Below are positions 26,288 through 43,316 of a stretch of DNA of 64,000 nt, piece after piece. The position numbers and the translations under genes were made by a program. The stretch is from Microbotryum violaceum. Its lineage: Eukaryota. Position 1 is the stretch's first letter. Every line of letters starts with the position of its first letter. The stretch spans positions 1 to 64,000 of the forward strand of contig CDLV01000005.1 in assembly GCA_001244265.2 (NCBI GenBank), read 5' to 3'. Under the pieces are notes generated by a model that saw only the letters and a list, made by a program, of their open reading frames with translations, searched no databases and was not told where the DNA came from.

Positions 26288-28658
26288 ATGAGAAAACGGA
26301 ATCGCTCCAACGCCAGTCCAACGCCGCGCCCCCGCCCAAGCGCAATCCGAGTCAATGCGCCGCGTCTCGTCTTCACTTGCGCCCCCACCCCCGCCACCAC
26401 CCAATCGCTGCCGACACACCTGCCCAGCTCGTCGGCTCCCACCCCGGTGACGCCGACGCCCAGGCGGATCAACCACAACACGACTCGACCAGGGCGAGCA
26501 GGTCGCTCACGCGAGGCCGTAGGCCTGTCAGGCATGTCGGACCTCGACGATGCCTTGCCAAAGTCGAGCCCAATGAAGTCGAGTCCTGTCGTGTCGATGA
26601 CGGTCACGGGGGCAGAGAGGGAGCAACAGCTCTTCGCCCACATGGGCAAACCTCGACTCTCGAAGGCGATGGACAAGTACTTTTCTGCTACGCCTTCGAA
26701 GTACGAGGCCAAGATACTCGAACCGAGGAAGAAATTGTGGACGGACTCGGAGGCTGCGATGAGAGAGATCGCAAACGCGATCAAAGATGTGGTGAGTGCC
26801 CGGTGCTATCGCTTGGCTTCGACCGCACGAGTATGACTGACCACTGTCTCCCGATCATTGATGCACCCGGGTGTAGACTGGTGATGGACGTCTGGTCGGA
26901 TGCGGCAACTCGGGTAGCCTCATCAAGCTGGCGCCCGATCGCGGGAACAGGAGAAGACGCCCGACGCCGTCATATTGACGCATGCGGCGGTGGCCGCTTC
27001 CCCCGATCTTCCGTTCGTTTGGGCGCAGTCAGAGCACCCAACATCGAAGGAAGGCACGCCCCCGTTGCCTCAACGCGCATACTCGCAGATTGCAGTGGCG
27101 ATTGAGGTGAAAAAGACCGACACGAAGAGCGCAGAAGCGCGTAATCAAGTGCTTAGGCGGCTACACATGATCTGCACGACCGCACTCCGCGCCCACGCGA
27201 TCGGGGTCACCCTTTGCGGGGAAGTACTTCAAGTCTACCTCGTCAACGAGTGTGAGGTATTCACGACGAGCGCCCGCAAGTGCGGTCAGGAAGCCGTGCT
27301 GCTCCGGCGCGTGCTGTCACACCTCATCGAACTCGACGACAACGGGCTCGGGATGCTGGCCTCGACGAACGAGGTCGACGATGGTTTCGGCAATTTTATC
27401 GTCTCGGACAAGTTTCTCCCACCCCGCGCCCACGACTTCGAGTCCGGGCTTGGCGATATCTCAGATCTCGAGATCCAGGAGCTCCTCTTCCGACGCCGAA
27501 GCTGCTTGGGTCGCGCAACTTCCGCTTTTCGCGTCACCGCAAGACACGCGCCTGTCGACCCGACGTCAATCACCTCGCTTAACCCTGCCGCCGAGTACGC
27601 TATGACAGTCGCATGGGTCGAGCAATCCCGCCTCGACGATGCGATTGCCCTACGTCGCAAGATGCACGCTGCGTCGCGTATCGACACCGAGGGTTTAAGC
27701 CTTAGCGCCGGCATCTATCGGGACGACTTCCGCACGTTTCCAGCTTTCTTCGGTGATGATGAAAGCTTCGATGATATCGGGCCCCGGGCACTCGAGGTGG
27801 TCTTCCACCGACAGTGTTATCGGCCCCTCAACACGGCGACCACGACCAGGAAACTTGCCCAGGCCGTACTTGGAGTCGTCAAAGGTGAGCACGGGAATCA
27901 ACTGGGCGGCCTTGCGTTTGCGCTCCCTAGCCGACACGCCTATTCCCATGACAATGCAGGACACAGAAACCTCTACAGGCTGGGGTATATCCACCGGGAT
28001 ATCTCGTACGGTAACGCCGTCATCGACCACGATGGTGTCGGCGCCCTCATCGATTATCACCTCGCCGTCCCGCATGATCGACCTTGCAACGAGCTGCACC
28101 ACAGAATACGATTCGTGCGTCCTCCCGTCTGTATGTTTCTCCGAATGAAGCTTCTGACCAGCACTAACCTTTGGACTATACGACGTCCGACAGGGCACCT
28201 GGCCCTACCTCGCCTGCTCGATCCTTACCCAGCCAGAACAGCCTCTCGGTGTCGTCCACGAACGGTGGCACGACATCGAGTCGCTCTTCTACGTTGTAAT
28301 GGAATCTTCGTTCCACGAGCCTTACCAGGGCGATGAGGAAGAGCTTGTCATGACGCCAAAGGGTCAGATTATCTGGGCGGCGCTGGAAGAGCCCAGATGC
28401 GGACCTAGTCTATGCCCTCAAGTTAACACTTTGCATGGACATGATCTACAAATCTTCACTCGACGGCTGCGCATATCGATTCCCAAGCATCAGCTAATCC
28501 TCAGCATCTTGAGACGCAATTGCGGCCTCGATAGCCGGTTCCTTGGTCTCGAGGTGGCGGAGGAAGAAGCCCAACTGGGGGAGTTGTGGGGTCCATCCAA
28601 GGCAATGTCGCACGAGTCCATCATCTCGGACATTGAGCAGCTGCTTCCCTTGCTCTGA
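26288..28658 (+). CDS. FunK1-type kinase with N-terminal REase-like domain (copy F3); apparent frameshifts
   Basis: TPDAVILT..AIEVKK..RNQVLRRL; CLGRATSAF; IHRDISYGNAV..LIDYHLA; GTWPYLA..HERWHDIESLFY. Intron positions match F2. Start is either 26288 or 26534. Confidence 0.78.
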
Positions 28659-29346
28659 AGTGACCACCTTTGCGCTGGGCTTAAATATAGTTGCTCGTTG
28701 TCAGTTCCTATTATTGCAATAGATACCCAAGGTCATTTTCCGTCCGTTCCAGTATAGATCTTGGCTGGAAATAGGACTGCGCCAGCAGTGCCTTCATTTG
28801 GCTCGACTGTGCAGAGTTTCTGGCCTAAGTCGTAATCTGGGAGGGCTCTTACATCCTTCACATTTTGCTCATAGGAGTGTTGTTTTTGCAAATGGATCAG
28901 GTTTATCATCCGGTCCCACGTATTAAAACGCGTGGAGTTGAACCAACGAAATGAAACTCATAGCCCCGCACCAAAATCCTGTCTTTGATCTCACTGACCC
29001 TGCAAAGGGCCCAGCCACCCTAGGTCAAGTGCGAGGACGGTCCGCAACGCTCGAAAGAGACCGCATCATTACCAATTATTCTTGTTTATGCAGTAGCGAA
29101 TGCTTCTTTCTTGACATGACCGACTCCCAAAGTCCGTTGATCTTCAGATGCGCCAACTGTGTCCACACTACCTTACATCTACTGCCCCGAAAAGGTCGCC
29201 TTTTCTTGCGGGACGGGGAGGTACCATAGTCTGATCAAGCACGGCGCCTGTATCTGTTGAAGTAAATTACTCTTGCCTTGAATCCGCACTACGCGCGTCT
29301 CCACTTTATATTAGTCGCGCGCGCAATTCGCGTCTTTGTCTCCTCT

Positions 29347-29476
29347 TCTTCACTTGATTACGAACTCATTGGCTCGTCCCTGCCGCCAACTCGTTCAGGT
29401 ATGTGAAGAACTCCTTTATTGCAATCTTCACTTGATTACGAACTCATTGGCTCGTCCCTGCCGCCAACTCGTTCAG
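29347..29476. repeat. Exact 52 bp direct duplication with a 26 bp spacer
   Basis: TCTTCACTTGATTACGAACTCATTGGCTCGTCCCTGCCGCCAACTCGTTCAG at 29347-29398 and 29425-29476. Confidence 0.9.
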
Positions 29477-30874
29477 CACATCGCTGTTCAGTTTCAATAG
29501 TATCATGTCGTTTGCGTGCGTAGCCACCATAATCAGCGCGGTTCGAGTCGGGACGTGAGCTGAGCTGCTCGACGAGGAACGCGAGGGACGCGACGGAACT
29601 CGGGTGAAGCCAGCGATGCGACTTGCAACCCCTGGCATTGGATCAGATTTGGTCTCAGGGCTCTCTCAAGCAGTAGAAGTGCTGTCGCTAGAAACCGCAG
29701 ATCAAGACCATCGACTCGGAGGCGAGATGTGTACCGTCAGTGGTGAAATAACGGCGATAAACAAAGGCGCCCATCTGGTCAAGGTAGAGCAAGACTTGGA
29801 AGAGCGCAGGTTTTTCAAGGCACTCAATCATATAAAGCGCCACGTTTGGCTCCGTACGGGCGATGAGGAATGTGCGGATGCTGGGCCAGACGAGGCGGTC
29901 GAAGCCTGTGTGGGATGGAGCGCACGGTGCATGCCACTCCGAGATGCAAAAGTTTGGGACATATGAGGGGGATGGGTGGCATAGATTTATTGAAGGAAAG
30001 GTCGTGGTTGTCAACCGGTGCCATATGATGGGGATGAAGAGAGGAGCTAAACATTCCGATACCGGTGTGGTGGCCTGGTTATGGGCCTTTTGCCTACAAG
30101 AACCAGACTGATCAACTTGACAAACTCGGGAGGCAGCGACAACGCGAGGGAGATGCGGCGTCCTGTCAAAGCCGATGTCGGAATGCTTTGAGTGCTCGTG
30201 AGGGTAGATGCACCACTAGATTCAATTAATACAACAGTCTTTAAAACGATGTTGGGCTCGCCAAATGCCATGGTGAGCTGAGAGCCTTAAAGTGAGTGAC
30301 TGAGTGAAGAGAGAGACGGTCAGAGACGGCCCGCCCTGATGCTCTCTGCCCGCACGGATTCAGTTTCCACTTCCTTTCCGTGACGCAAGATCAGGGACTT
30401 GTCGAGTAATCATTATTTTGAAGAAACTTTCCTCTCGAGTCTTTGCAGACTCGCCGTTTCTAGTTGCGCAAGCGCCTCGTGACCAAACCGCGGACCAGCG
30501 GTTACTGGGTCAGTGATTGACCCAACCCATAGTTGTGCTGCGCATGGCGGTCCTGTGCAGCGTTCGAAGTTCGAAGCACCCAACCGGCGGACCCTGACGT
30601 CAAGTTTGATCAAGACACGAACTACGACCTCCAAGGGACGTGCTCTGCACCACTCTTTCACTGGAGCAAGACCCAATAGAGCACATTTATGATTTTGTAC
30701 TTGAACAAGTGTCGAAGAGTTTCACCTCTGTTGCAACTCTCGCCTCTTTGACTGGCCAAAGACTTGCACGCTCACCTTGTGCTCGAACGGCCCCAATTTT
30801 TGTCGCTCTTCAAGGTTTTCCGGACCCCCTTGCTTGCCTACATCACTATTACACAGATGGGCAACGGGCAGGAC

Positions 30875-35932
<5,058 letters not shown>

Positions 35933-35933
35933 G

Positions 35934-36380
35934 ACTACGTTTTTTTTTTTTTTTGTAGAAAACGTTCATCATATTGCCCCCAGTTCCTGTTCCCCCTGTT
36001 TTGGCCTACGGAAAAACTAGATGGAAGACAACGATGATAACACAAACCGCCCGCAAAAGTGCGAGAAACGAGCCAAGTCCACCAATCCGAGATTCGGATT
36101 CAAATGCCCTAGCCAAGCGGTTGCTCCCCCCCAGGAGACACTACGGTTTTTTTTTTGTATGAAACTCATCGCTAATTTGCAAGACGAGAAAACCCCCTAC
36201 GGAACTAAAGGAGATGCTACCCAGCATGCACGATGATGACCACAACCGCCGCTTGATGCGTTGTAACTAGTAGAACAGACCAACCCGATACATCCGAGTT
36301 CAAGTCCCCCCCACCCACGGTTGCTCCCTCCCAGAGACGAATGAAAGGAAGGTTGAAGATTATACATTTTTTTTGTTTTT
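35934..36380. repeat. Two diverged ~205 bp tandem units separated by T-runs (candidate SINE, LINE tails or ncRNA)
   Basis: Colinear shared blocks TTTTGTA.., TCATC, CCTACGGAA, ACGATGAT.AC.AC.ACCGCC, CCAA.CCGA, TTCAA, CGGTTGCTCCC.CCCAG, GAGAC. T-runs at about 35940-35954, 36147-36156 and 36367-36380. Confidence 0.75.
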
Positions 36381-36446
36381 GTATACAGACTGGCAGAAGT
36401 GATTTTGTAAATATATTTGCCAGCCCGGGCTGCTGCCGGGGAATCG

Positions 36447-36530
36447 GCTTCCGTGGTGTAGTTGGTTATCACGTATGCTTCACATGCGTGTGTTCGCATA
36501 AGGTCTCCGGTTCGATCCCGGACGGAAGCA
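36447..36530 (+). tRNA. tRNA-Val(CAC) with a 10 nt canonical intron (36485-36494)
   Basis: Acceptor stem GCTTCCG/CGGAAGC, anticodon stem TATGC/GCATA with CAC at 36481-36483, T arm TCCGG-TTCGATC-CCGGA, TTTT terminator just downstream. Confidence 0.95.
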
Positions 36531-37068
36531 CCTATTTTGTTTCTCAGCCGGGAGAAACCGCCTTTTTGTTGTCCTTGCCGGTGAGGCCTGCGTTTTTTCA
36601 CCGCGCCCTTCTTTTCTCTTTGAGTGACCGTCATTGGACATTCTGCTTTGCCCGCATGGTCGTTATGTTTTTGAGCGGGCTCGTACCACCAATTGTTTAG
36701 ACCCATTGGGCCATCCCTCGAAGGATTCACTCTGCTGCACTCGACTTTCGGCGCGCGCGCGCGCGTCGCTCCGCTGCTCCGAGCTTCACGGCTCGCCTTT
36801 GTACTCGTCCTTTACTCGACAATCATCATACCAGCTTCATCTACAGCAGCATCAGATCAAGCAGTCTGATCCAAGACACTCCGATCAGACGCATCTGTTA
36901 GTTCACTACCCGACGGCGCTGCTTTGTTCCATTTTGGTGCGACGCGTCCCTGCCGCAGACTGTTGTTGATTGACCGTCGTCCGGCGCTCCGCGACTCCGC
37001 GCTACACCCTACACCCCGTGCGCTCATCCCCGCTCTCATCCTCGCCGCCCAGAATCCCGACCCCAACA

Positions 37069-39253
37069 ATGGCTTCCTCCTCCGAACCTCTTCACCTGTA
37101 CCCGACCCGTCGAGCGACGTACCACAAGTCACGGAAAGGTGCCTCCCGATCACTCAACTGGCCGCACCCGTTGACCAAAGCCGCTTCGACCACCTCGTCG
37201 ATCCACGCCGACCACCTCTCCCGCGCCGGATTCTACTCGACGCCTACCTCGGACCACCCCTCCTCCACGACCTGTTTCCTGTGCGACCTCGTCGTCGACG
37301 GATGGTGCGAAGGTGACGAACCCCTATTGCTTCATCTGACGAGGTCGCCGCACTGCGGATGGGCCATCCTCTTGTCCAACATGGCCGATGACCCGAACAA
37401 GATCCGCAAGCATTGGGACTGGGGAATCGATGGCAGCGATTGGCCTAGGTCGGACAAGATCCAGAGTGCGCGACTCATGTCGTTCGAGCGAGGGTGGCCT
37501 CATAAGGGTGCCAAGGGGGTGCCGACCGTGCAGCAGGTGAGCCCAACCTCGAGCTTTGCTTTCGTCAAGGCTGTTTATTGACTCGATCTGCCCTCCATGT
37601 CTTTCACTTTCACAGCTCGCCTCTGCGGGGTGGTGGTTCCGACCAGAGGCGGATGAAGACGCCGGCGATCGATGCTACTGCCCATACTGCACTCGCACCG
37701 TCGAAGGATGGGAGGCCGGAGACGACGCCGTGTAAGACACCAAACCCTCCCTCGAGATCTCCCCTCCATCTCTTCTGACCCCGAACGGTTTCCTCCCCGC
37801 AGCGCCCTGCATCAGCGCAAACTCGGCCTCGAATGCCCATTCTTCCTCGCCGAGCGACCGTCTCAACTCCTCGCTGAAGATGTCGCGCCTGTCGCCTCGG
37901 CTTCGACGACCAAAAACACTGGTCTCTCTCGTTCGAAAGGACGACAGAAGCTCGCTGCGGTGGTCAACGAAGAGCTTGGATCCGAGATGGAAGAAGTTAT
38001 CGAACCCGTGAGTCGTGGATTGGACTGTGAATGTTTATTCATCGTCCCATAACGAATAGTACCTGCCCATCCCCTCACAGATTCCCTCGCGATCATCTCG
38101 TGCGACGAAAACACCCGCCTCGATCGTCGCACCGACCCCTACAGCAAATCGTGAAGCTCCGCCGCCATCAAAAGCCTCAACGACCCGATCGACGCGTTCA
38201 CGCAAGGCCAAAGCCTCGACGAAACATACCCCTGCGCCGGTGGAAGAAGACGATCGGGATCCTGCGCCTGAAGTTGAAGAAGTGAACGACTCCGCGATCG
38301 AGATCGAGATTTCGCACACGATGTCACCCTCCGTTCGACTACCGCCTCGCAAGACGCGGGGTACAAAGGCGCCACGCGTGATCGAGTCCGAAGTCGAGGA
38401 GGAGGTAGCGCCTGAGGCTGAGGCTGAGGCTGACGAAGTTTTCGGGAATGGAGCTGAGCTAGACTTCGTTGAGGATCTGGTTTCGACCCCGCGTGTAATG
38501 GAGGATGAGGAAGAAATTGCGCCGCCTCCGATTAAAAAGGCGACCAAGGTGAAGAAGGGGTCCAAGTCGAAGCGATCGACGAAATCCAAGATCGTCGAAC
38601 TCGAGCCTGAAGTCGAAGTTGAACCCGAGGCCCCGGAAGCTGACGAAGAGATACCCAAAGCCGTCCCTGAACCCATCATCATCGAGGAACCCGAGCCCGA
38701 CGTACCCGCAGTCGAAAGCGCTACTGAACCCGAGCCTGCGCCCGACGTCGACGTGACCAAGACCGCCGCCCCCGCCCCAAAACCCAAGAAGAGGAAGACG
38801 AAATCAAAATCCTCCAAGTCAAAATCCGTCGCTCCCCAAACGCCCATCGTCATTGCCGCAGACCCCATCTCCCCTCCTCGATCCGCCGCACCCTCAATCC
38901 GAGCCGCACCATCCCTCCCTCTCCCAGCGCTGAACAATCCCTTCACTCCTCGACCGGACAACCCCTTCTCACTCGACGCCCCCCTCGTACCTTCGTTGAC
39001 CCCCGGCGCTCGCAAGCTTTCCCTCGAAGCATGGTACAACCATTGTGGTCAAACGGCTTACACGGCATTGGAACAGGAGATGGGTCACGAGATGCGCGAG
39101 TTCGAGAGAAGGATCGAGGATGGGAACAAGTTATTCGAGAAAATGGTTGAGGATGCGAAGAGGAGGGAGGCAGTGGTTGCGCATCAGCAACAGCAACAGG
39201 CGCAAATGCAGCAGCCGAATGTACTCGGTCAGGCCGTGCGGAGAATGCGATGA
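37069..39253 (+). CDS. BIR1: BIR-domain protein (Bir1/survivin-like), 4 exons
   Basis: Two BIR motifs (LSRAGFY..CFLC..GWCEGDEP..H..SPHC and LASAGWW..CPYC..GWEAGDDA..H..CPF), acidic linker, C-terminal helix. Confidence 0.9.
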
Positions 39254-39731
39254 TTAACGTGTGGATGTCCTTGCATACCCCATCTTTCCTGTTGATACCG
39301 TTTCCCTTTTCAGACGTGTTGTATCCCATTCCAGAGTAAATTACAAAAATTACGTCCAGATCGGGTCGCAACAGGCCTCTATAAACTCAAAACGTCAAAA
39401 CTGCCCTCGACAAAGGACCGGGGCGAGTTTGAAAGTCCCGTGGTAGCAGATATATGATCGTTCCAAGTGCCCGGATCTCAAAAAACCCTTCGAGGGGTGC
39501 TCTCACACTTCAAGCTCGAAGAAATTGTGCTACAGCTGCTGCACTCTGGGCCCTGGAAGATGGGCTTGTCGAGGACAATTTTGCCGTTCTGAAATTATCG
39601 AGGGCAACTTCGACGTTTCGACCTAATGTAGGGGTCATTTTCGTAATTCACCGTCCATCTTATATCTGCAATGAACGAAGCAGTCAAGTTGCACGTAAGA
39701 AAAACAAAATACGAGAGACGTAATCCAAAAG

Positions 39732-42700
39732 TCAGCACCAAATGAATGTCCTCGGTCGCTCCCTCAAGACCTCCAGCCTCTCCACCACCACGACCCTGGT
39801 CTTCAACCCTTCTTCCTCCTCTGCCCCTTCCTCATCCCCTTCCTCCAACAAAGCTTCACTCGGTCCCCTCCGACCGTCCGAGCCCGACAGCCTCCCAGCC
39901 TCCCCACTCCTCCTTCCGCCCCACTCACTCGACCCCCTCCCCCCTCCGCCCCATCCCGTATCCAACGACCCACTCCTCATCCTCCCTCCGCCAACTCCGA
40001 GACTCCGCGCATCATTATAACTTCCACTCTTCCTATGCGTACTCGTCCACACCCCATTCGACGATCCCTTCTTTCCCCCCAACTGGGGTCGACTCATAGG
40101 GCGCCGTATATCACTCTCCGATTGCACGCCCCACGTCGGTCCGTCGGCGTCAACATCGTCCTCTTCGTCAACTTGGTCATCTTCCTCCTCTTGCTCATCC
40201 AAAACCTCTCTGACCGCCCCTCCTCTCTGACCCCGTCCGTTCACCTCCCTCCGATCCAACTGCTCAACCGCATCCACCCCCCTCATGATCCCTTTAATAT
40301 CATCGGAAAAGGATCCCAACACGGACGAGATCGACGAACTCGTCTTGTGACCCTTTCCCCTCGTCATCGAATTCGACATGGAATGCGTCGTTGATAGAGC
40401 GGGAGAAGGCATCGCGATGGGTGTGGTGGCCGGTTCAGCCGAAAGGGGAACGATCTTGTTCGAGGTGGCACCGGTCGAGACGCGTTGTAATGGGACGGGT
40501 CGTAGGACCGACCCTTCGCTCTGCTCTGTGATTGCATTGCGCGTGACACTCGGTTCGAACGCCAATGTCGGTGCCGAAGAGGCATCGAGTAGAGGTGACA
40601 AAGGTCTCGGAGGTGTAGTGATCGACCCCATCGGCGGTGGTGAAGCCGGCTGAAGCGGCGGAGTCGGTGCACGATTGTCCTCCTCTTCTTGGCCCGATGC
40701 GTGACTCGCGTTGCTGTTGCCGGCTGCAAGAGCTGCGGTATTCGCGGAAGCGCCCGCGGCGGTGAAAGCGAGGAGCTGATCGGTGATGACGTGGTCGGCG
40801 ACTTCGATGAGGTCATCCCAAACGAGTTTTTTCGGTCTTCGGCACAACTCGATCGGGCCTGTGCAAAATAAAGTTTAACGTCAGCCACTGCTCTCCCACT
40901 CAAGCACTCCTCATCGCCAGGAAGCGACTCGCCATCCTCTTCACTCCTCAAGCTCAGTACAACATTATACGCCTGCCCCTTCATCACCGCCATCTGCTTC
41001 CGAAACATGTCCTCCCTGAACTCGCCATCCTTTGCAAACTCGTTCCTCAGAGTGAGGGTCGTCTCGGCCCACCATTCCGGGTCTGTCAAGAGGGGTAGAA
41101 AATGACGTCGAGTCTTGGTGGTAAAGGGTTGACCGATGAGTGTGAGAGGTAGGTAGAGCCATCCGTAGGTATAGGTTCGGAACCCAAGGGGATGCATATG
41201 GGGAAATGCGAGCGAGTTGTCGATCGCGGCGATGTGAAGGTGAGGGCGAGTCACGGTCGGGGCCTCCGTTTCCGATTCCGACAACGACGCCGTTCCCGCT
41301 TGGTTCGTAACATGCGATTTCTTCCTATTTCGAGCATTGATCTCCGTCATAGGCGGTTGTGCACTCGGCGGTTCCGTCGTTGGTGCCATCGCCCTCGTCC
41401 GCGATCCATGCACCCCCAGCATCCCCTCCTGCTTCTTCCCCCAAGATCTCTCCTCTATCCCCTCCTCAGCGCACAGACAAGGCTTGATCATGAAATTATC
41501 GAGGCCACGATCGGTATTGCGTATGATGAAATCGAGAATGACGAGTTTCTCCAATTCCTCGCGGAAGGATTCCAGCATCTCCTCGGTCCATTTGAAGCCC
41601 GCTTCATCGGGGGTTGTCGATGCGCCACCACTGAGAAACCCAAATCTTCGACTCGGAGCTTCGTTGTCCAATGAGGAATGCGGCTCCCCATCTTCATCTT
41701 CTTCGTCATCGTCATCAACATCCGCGCCGACTCTCCCACAGAGACATCTCAAAGGTCCCAACAAATTCCCCCTCCCCTTTCTATAATTCCTCCGATCCAT
41801 CGTCTGACTCTCCGGCCTTCCCGGTAAAGGAAACTCCCTCAAAAAGTCACTCGCGTCCTTGAATCCTTTCAAGAACACCTGAAAACTGCCTGGTTTGTCA
41901 GGTAAAGGCACGGGTTGACGTTGGCGTTGAGCGCGTTCACGGTCGATCCAGTCGTAGAAGAAGGCGGGGGAGGAAAGGGGGACGACTTGGGTTGGTGGTA
42001 CGATGTGGGTTTCGAGACGACGGTCCATTAACGATGCAGCGGATTCAGAGAGGTACGAAAGTTGAGGGATCAGGCACGCGCGACCAAACGGCTGAGGAAG
42101 AGACGAGGGGCCGCGCGTTAGTCACGTCTGCGCAAGAGGTCCAGCTTTTCACCCGTGCAAGTCGTCGCCACTCACAATGATCCTTGAGAAGAAATTGCGG
42201 TGCAGCCATTTGGTAAGTTTCGGATTCAAATTACCATAGGGTTCCTCGTCCTTGGGTTTGAAGATGGCCAAGGTGTGGGAGTGCTTGTCCTTGGCGAAAT
42301 AGGAGCCTGATGACCCTTTTGAGTTGAGACGCGGTTGAACGTTGAGAGAGATGGCTTCCCTCACTTGGTCGACGAGGCTGGATGGGGGAGGATCGTCAGT
42401 GGATCTTCTCTGTCCCTAAGGAATGCGGTAGGTACTCGACCCAGCTCGTTGCCGCAAACTAACTCGTTGAAGGCCTCGTCGGACAGGGGCGGTTCATGAT
42501 CCAGCGTCTCCCAATCTCGCTCGCTCTTCCCCTTGCCCTTGTCTTCACTGCCGACGCCATCCCTCCCAAACACACTCGCGAGGATAGGCACTGCGACTTT
42601 CCTATCCCTGCGCTGAATGAGATCGAGGTCGTGCTTGGCTCTCCTCTTGGCACCGTTCGCGCGTCGTTGGCCGGATCGACTAAGCCTCATCTTGTGCTTG

Positions 42701-42936
42701 ACGACGGTGGTCCATTTCTTGAACATCAGATCAACGTGTTGCGCTGTTGTGGTCGTTGTCGAGGTGGTTCGTCGGGATGGGCCGTGCAAAGCGGACTGTG
42801 CACCACGATCGCCACCGGCGCTTGTTCTCGGAGCTGCCGGTGCTGACGATGACGATGAGGTCGAGGTCGAAGCGATCGGCTGTTTCGACGTCTGCCCGTC
42901 ATGGCTGGGCAGTGGTGCATACCCATTCCGAGCCAT
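39732..42936 (-). CDS. LSB6: Phosphatidylinositol 4-kinase type II
   Basis: KGSSGSYF..IFKPKDEEPYGNLNPK..KPGSFQVFLKG..ILDFIIRNTDRGLDN..AAIDNSLAFP; ends in TFIWC*. Confidence 0.93.
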
Positions 42937-43316
42937 GGCCTGTGCTAAGGAGGAAGCAGCAGTGCGCAATAGGATGCAGAGCCCAAACCGCTTCGAGGAG
43001 CCAAAATGAGCGAGGGGCCGATGACGACATATTAGTATACGCCCAATCGTTCGCCGTAACAGCCGGATAGTAATGCTCATTACATCATTAGCGGCGCGCG
43101 CGCACGGCCGGCCGATGCGGGACCGCGATTTGGGGGACCAAAGTACGCTGCTATGCGCGCGATTAACCTAATTCCGCCGTGGATAAGCGAAGCGAACCGT
43201 GGGACATGAACACACTCGACCGGAATCACTCTGTGCTCCTGCTCGTGCTCCTTCCCACACCCGACCTCACTTCTGGTGCCATCTCCCTCCCGCCTCTCAC
43301 CTCTCCTCACACTCGA

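Noticed and set aside
29688..30014. Fanzor/TnpB-like fragment suggested by the YFTTDG motif
   Set aside because: A single short motif with no RuvC residues or zinc finger nearby; insufficient evidence.
30640..30874. F-box-like N-terminus interrupted by the LINE
   Set aside because: Only a vague PIEHIYDFV resemblance, and no continuation was found on the other side of the LINE.
35955..36340. C/D snoRNA or hammerhead ribozyme in the 205 bp units
   Set aside because: ATGATGA occurs but without a properly placed CTGA box D in both units, and the CTGATGA hammerhead core is absent.
38035..39039. 334 aa minus-strand ORF
   Set aside because: Antisense of the BIR1 last exon.
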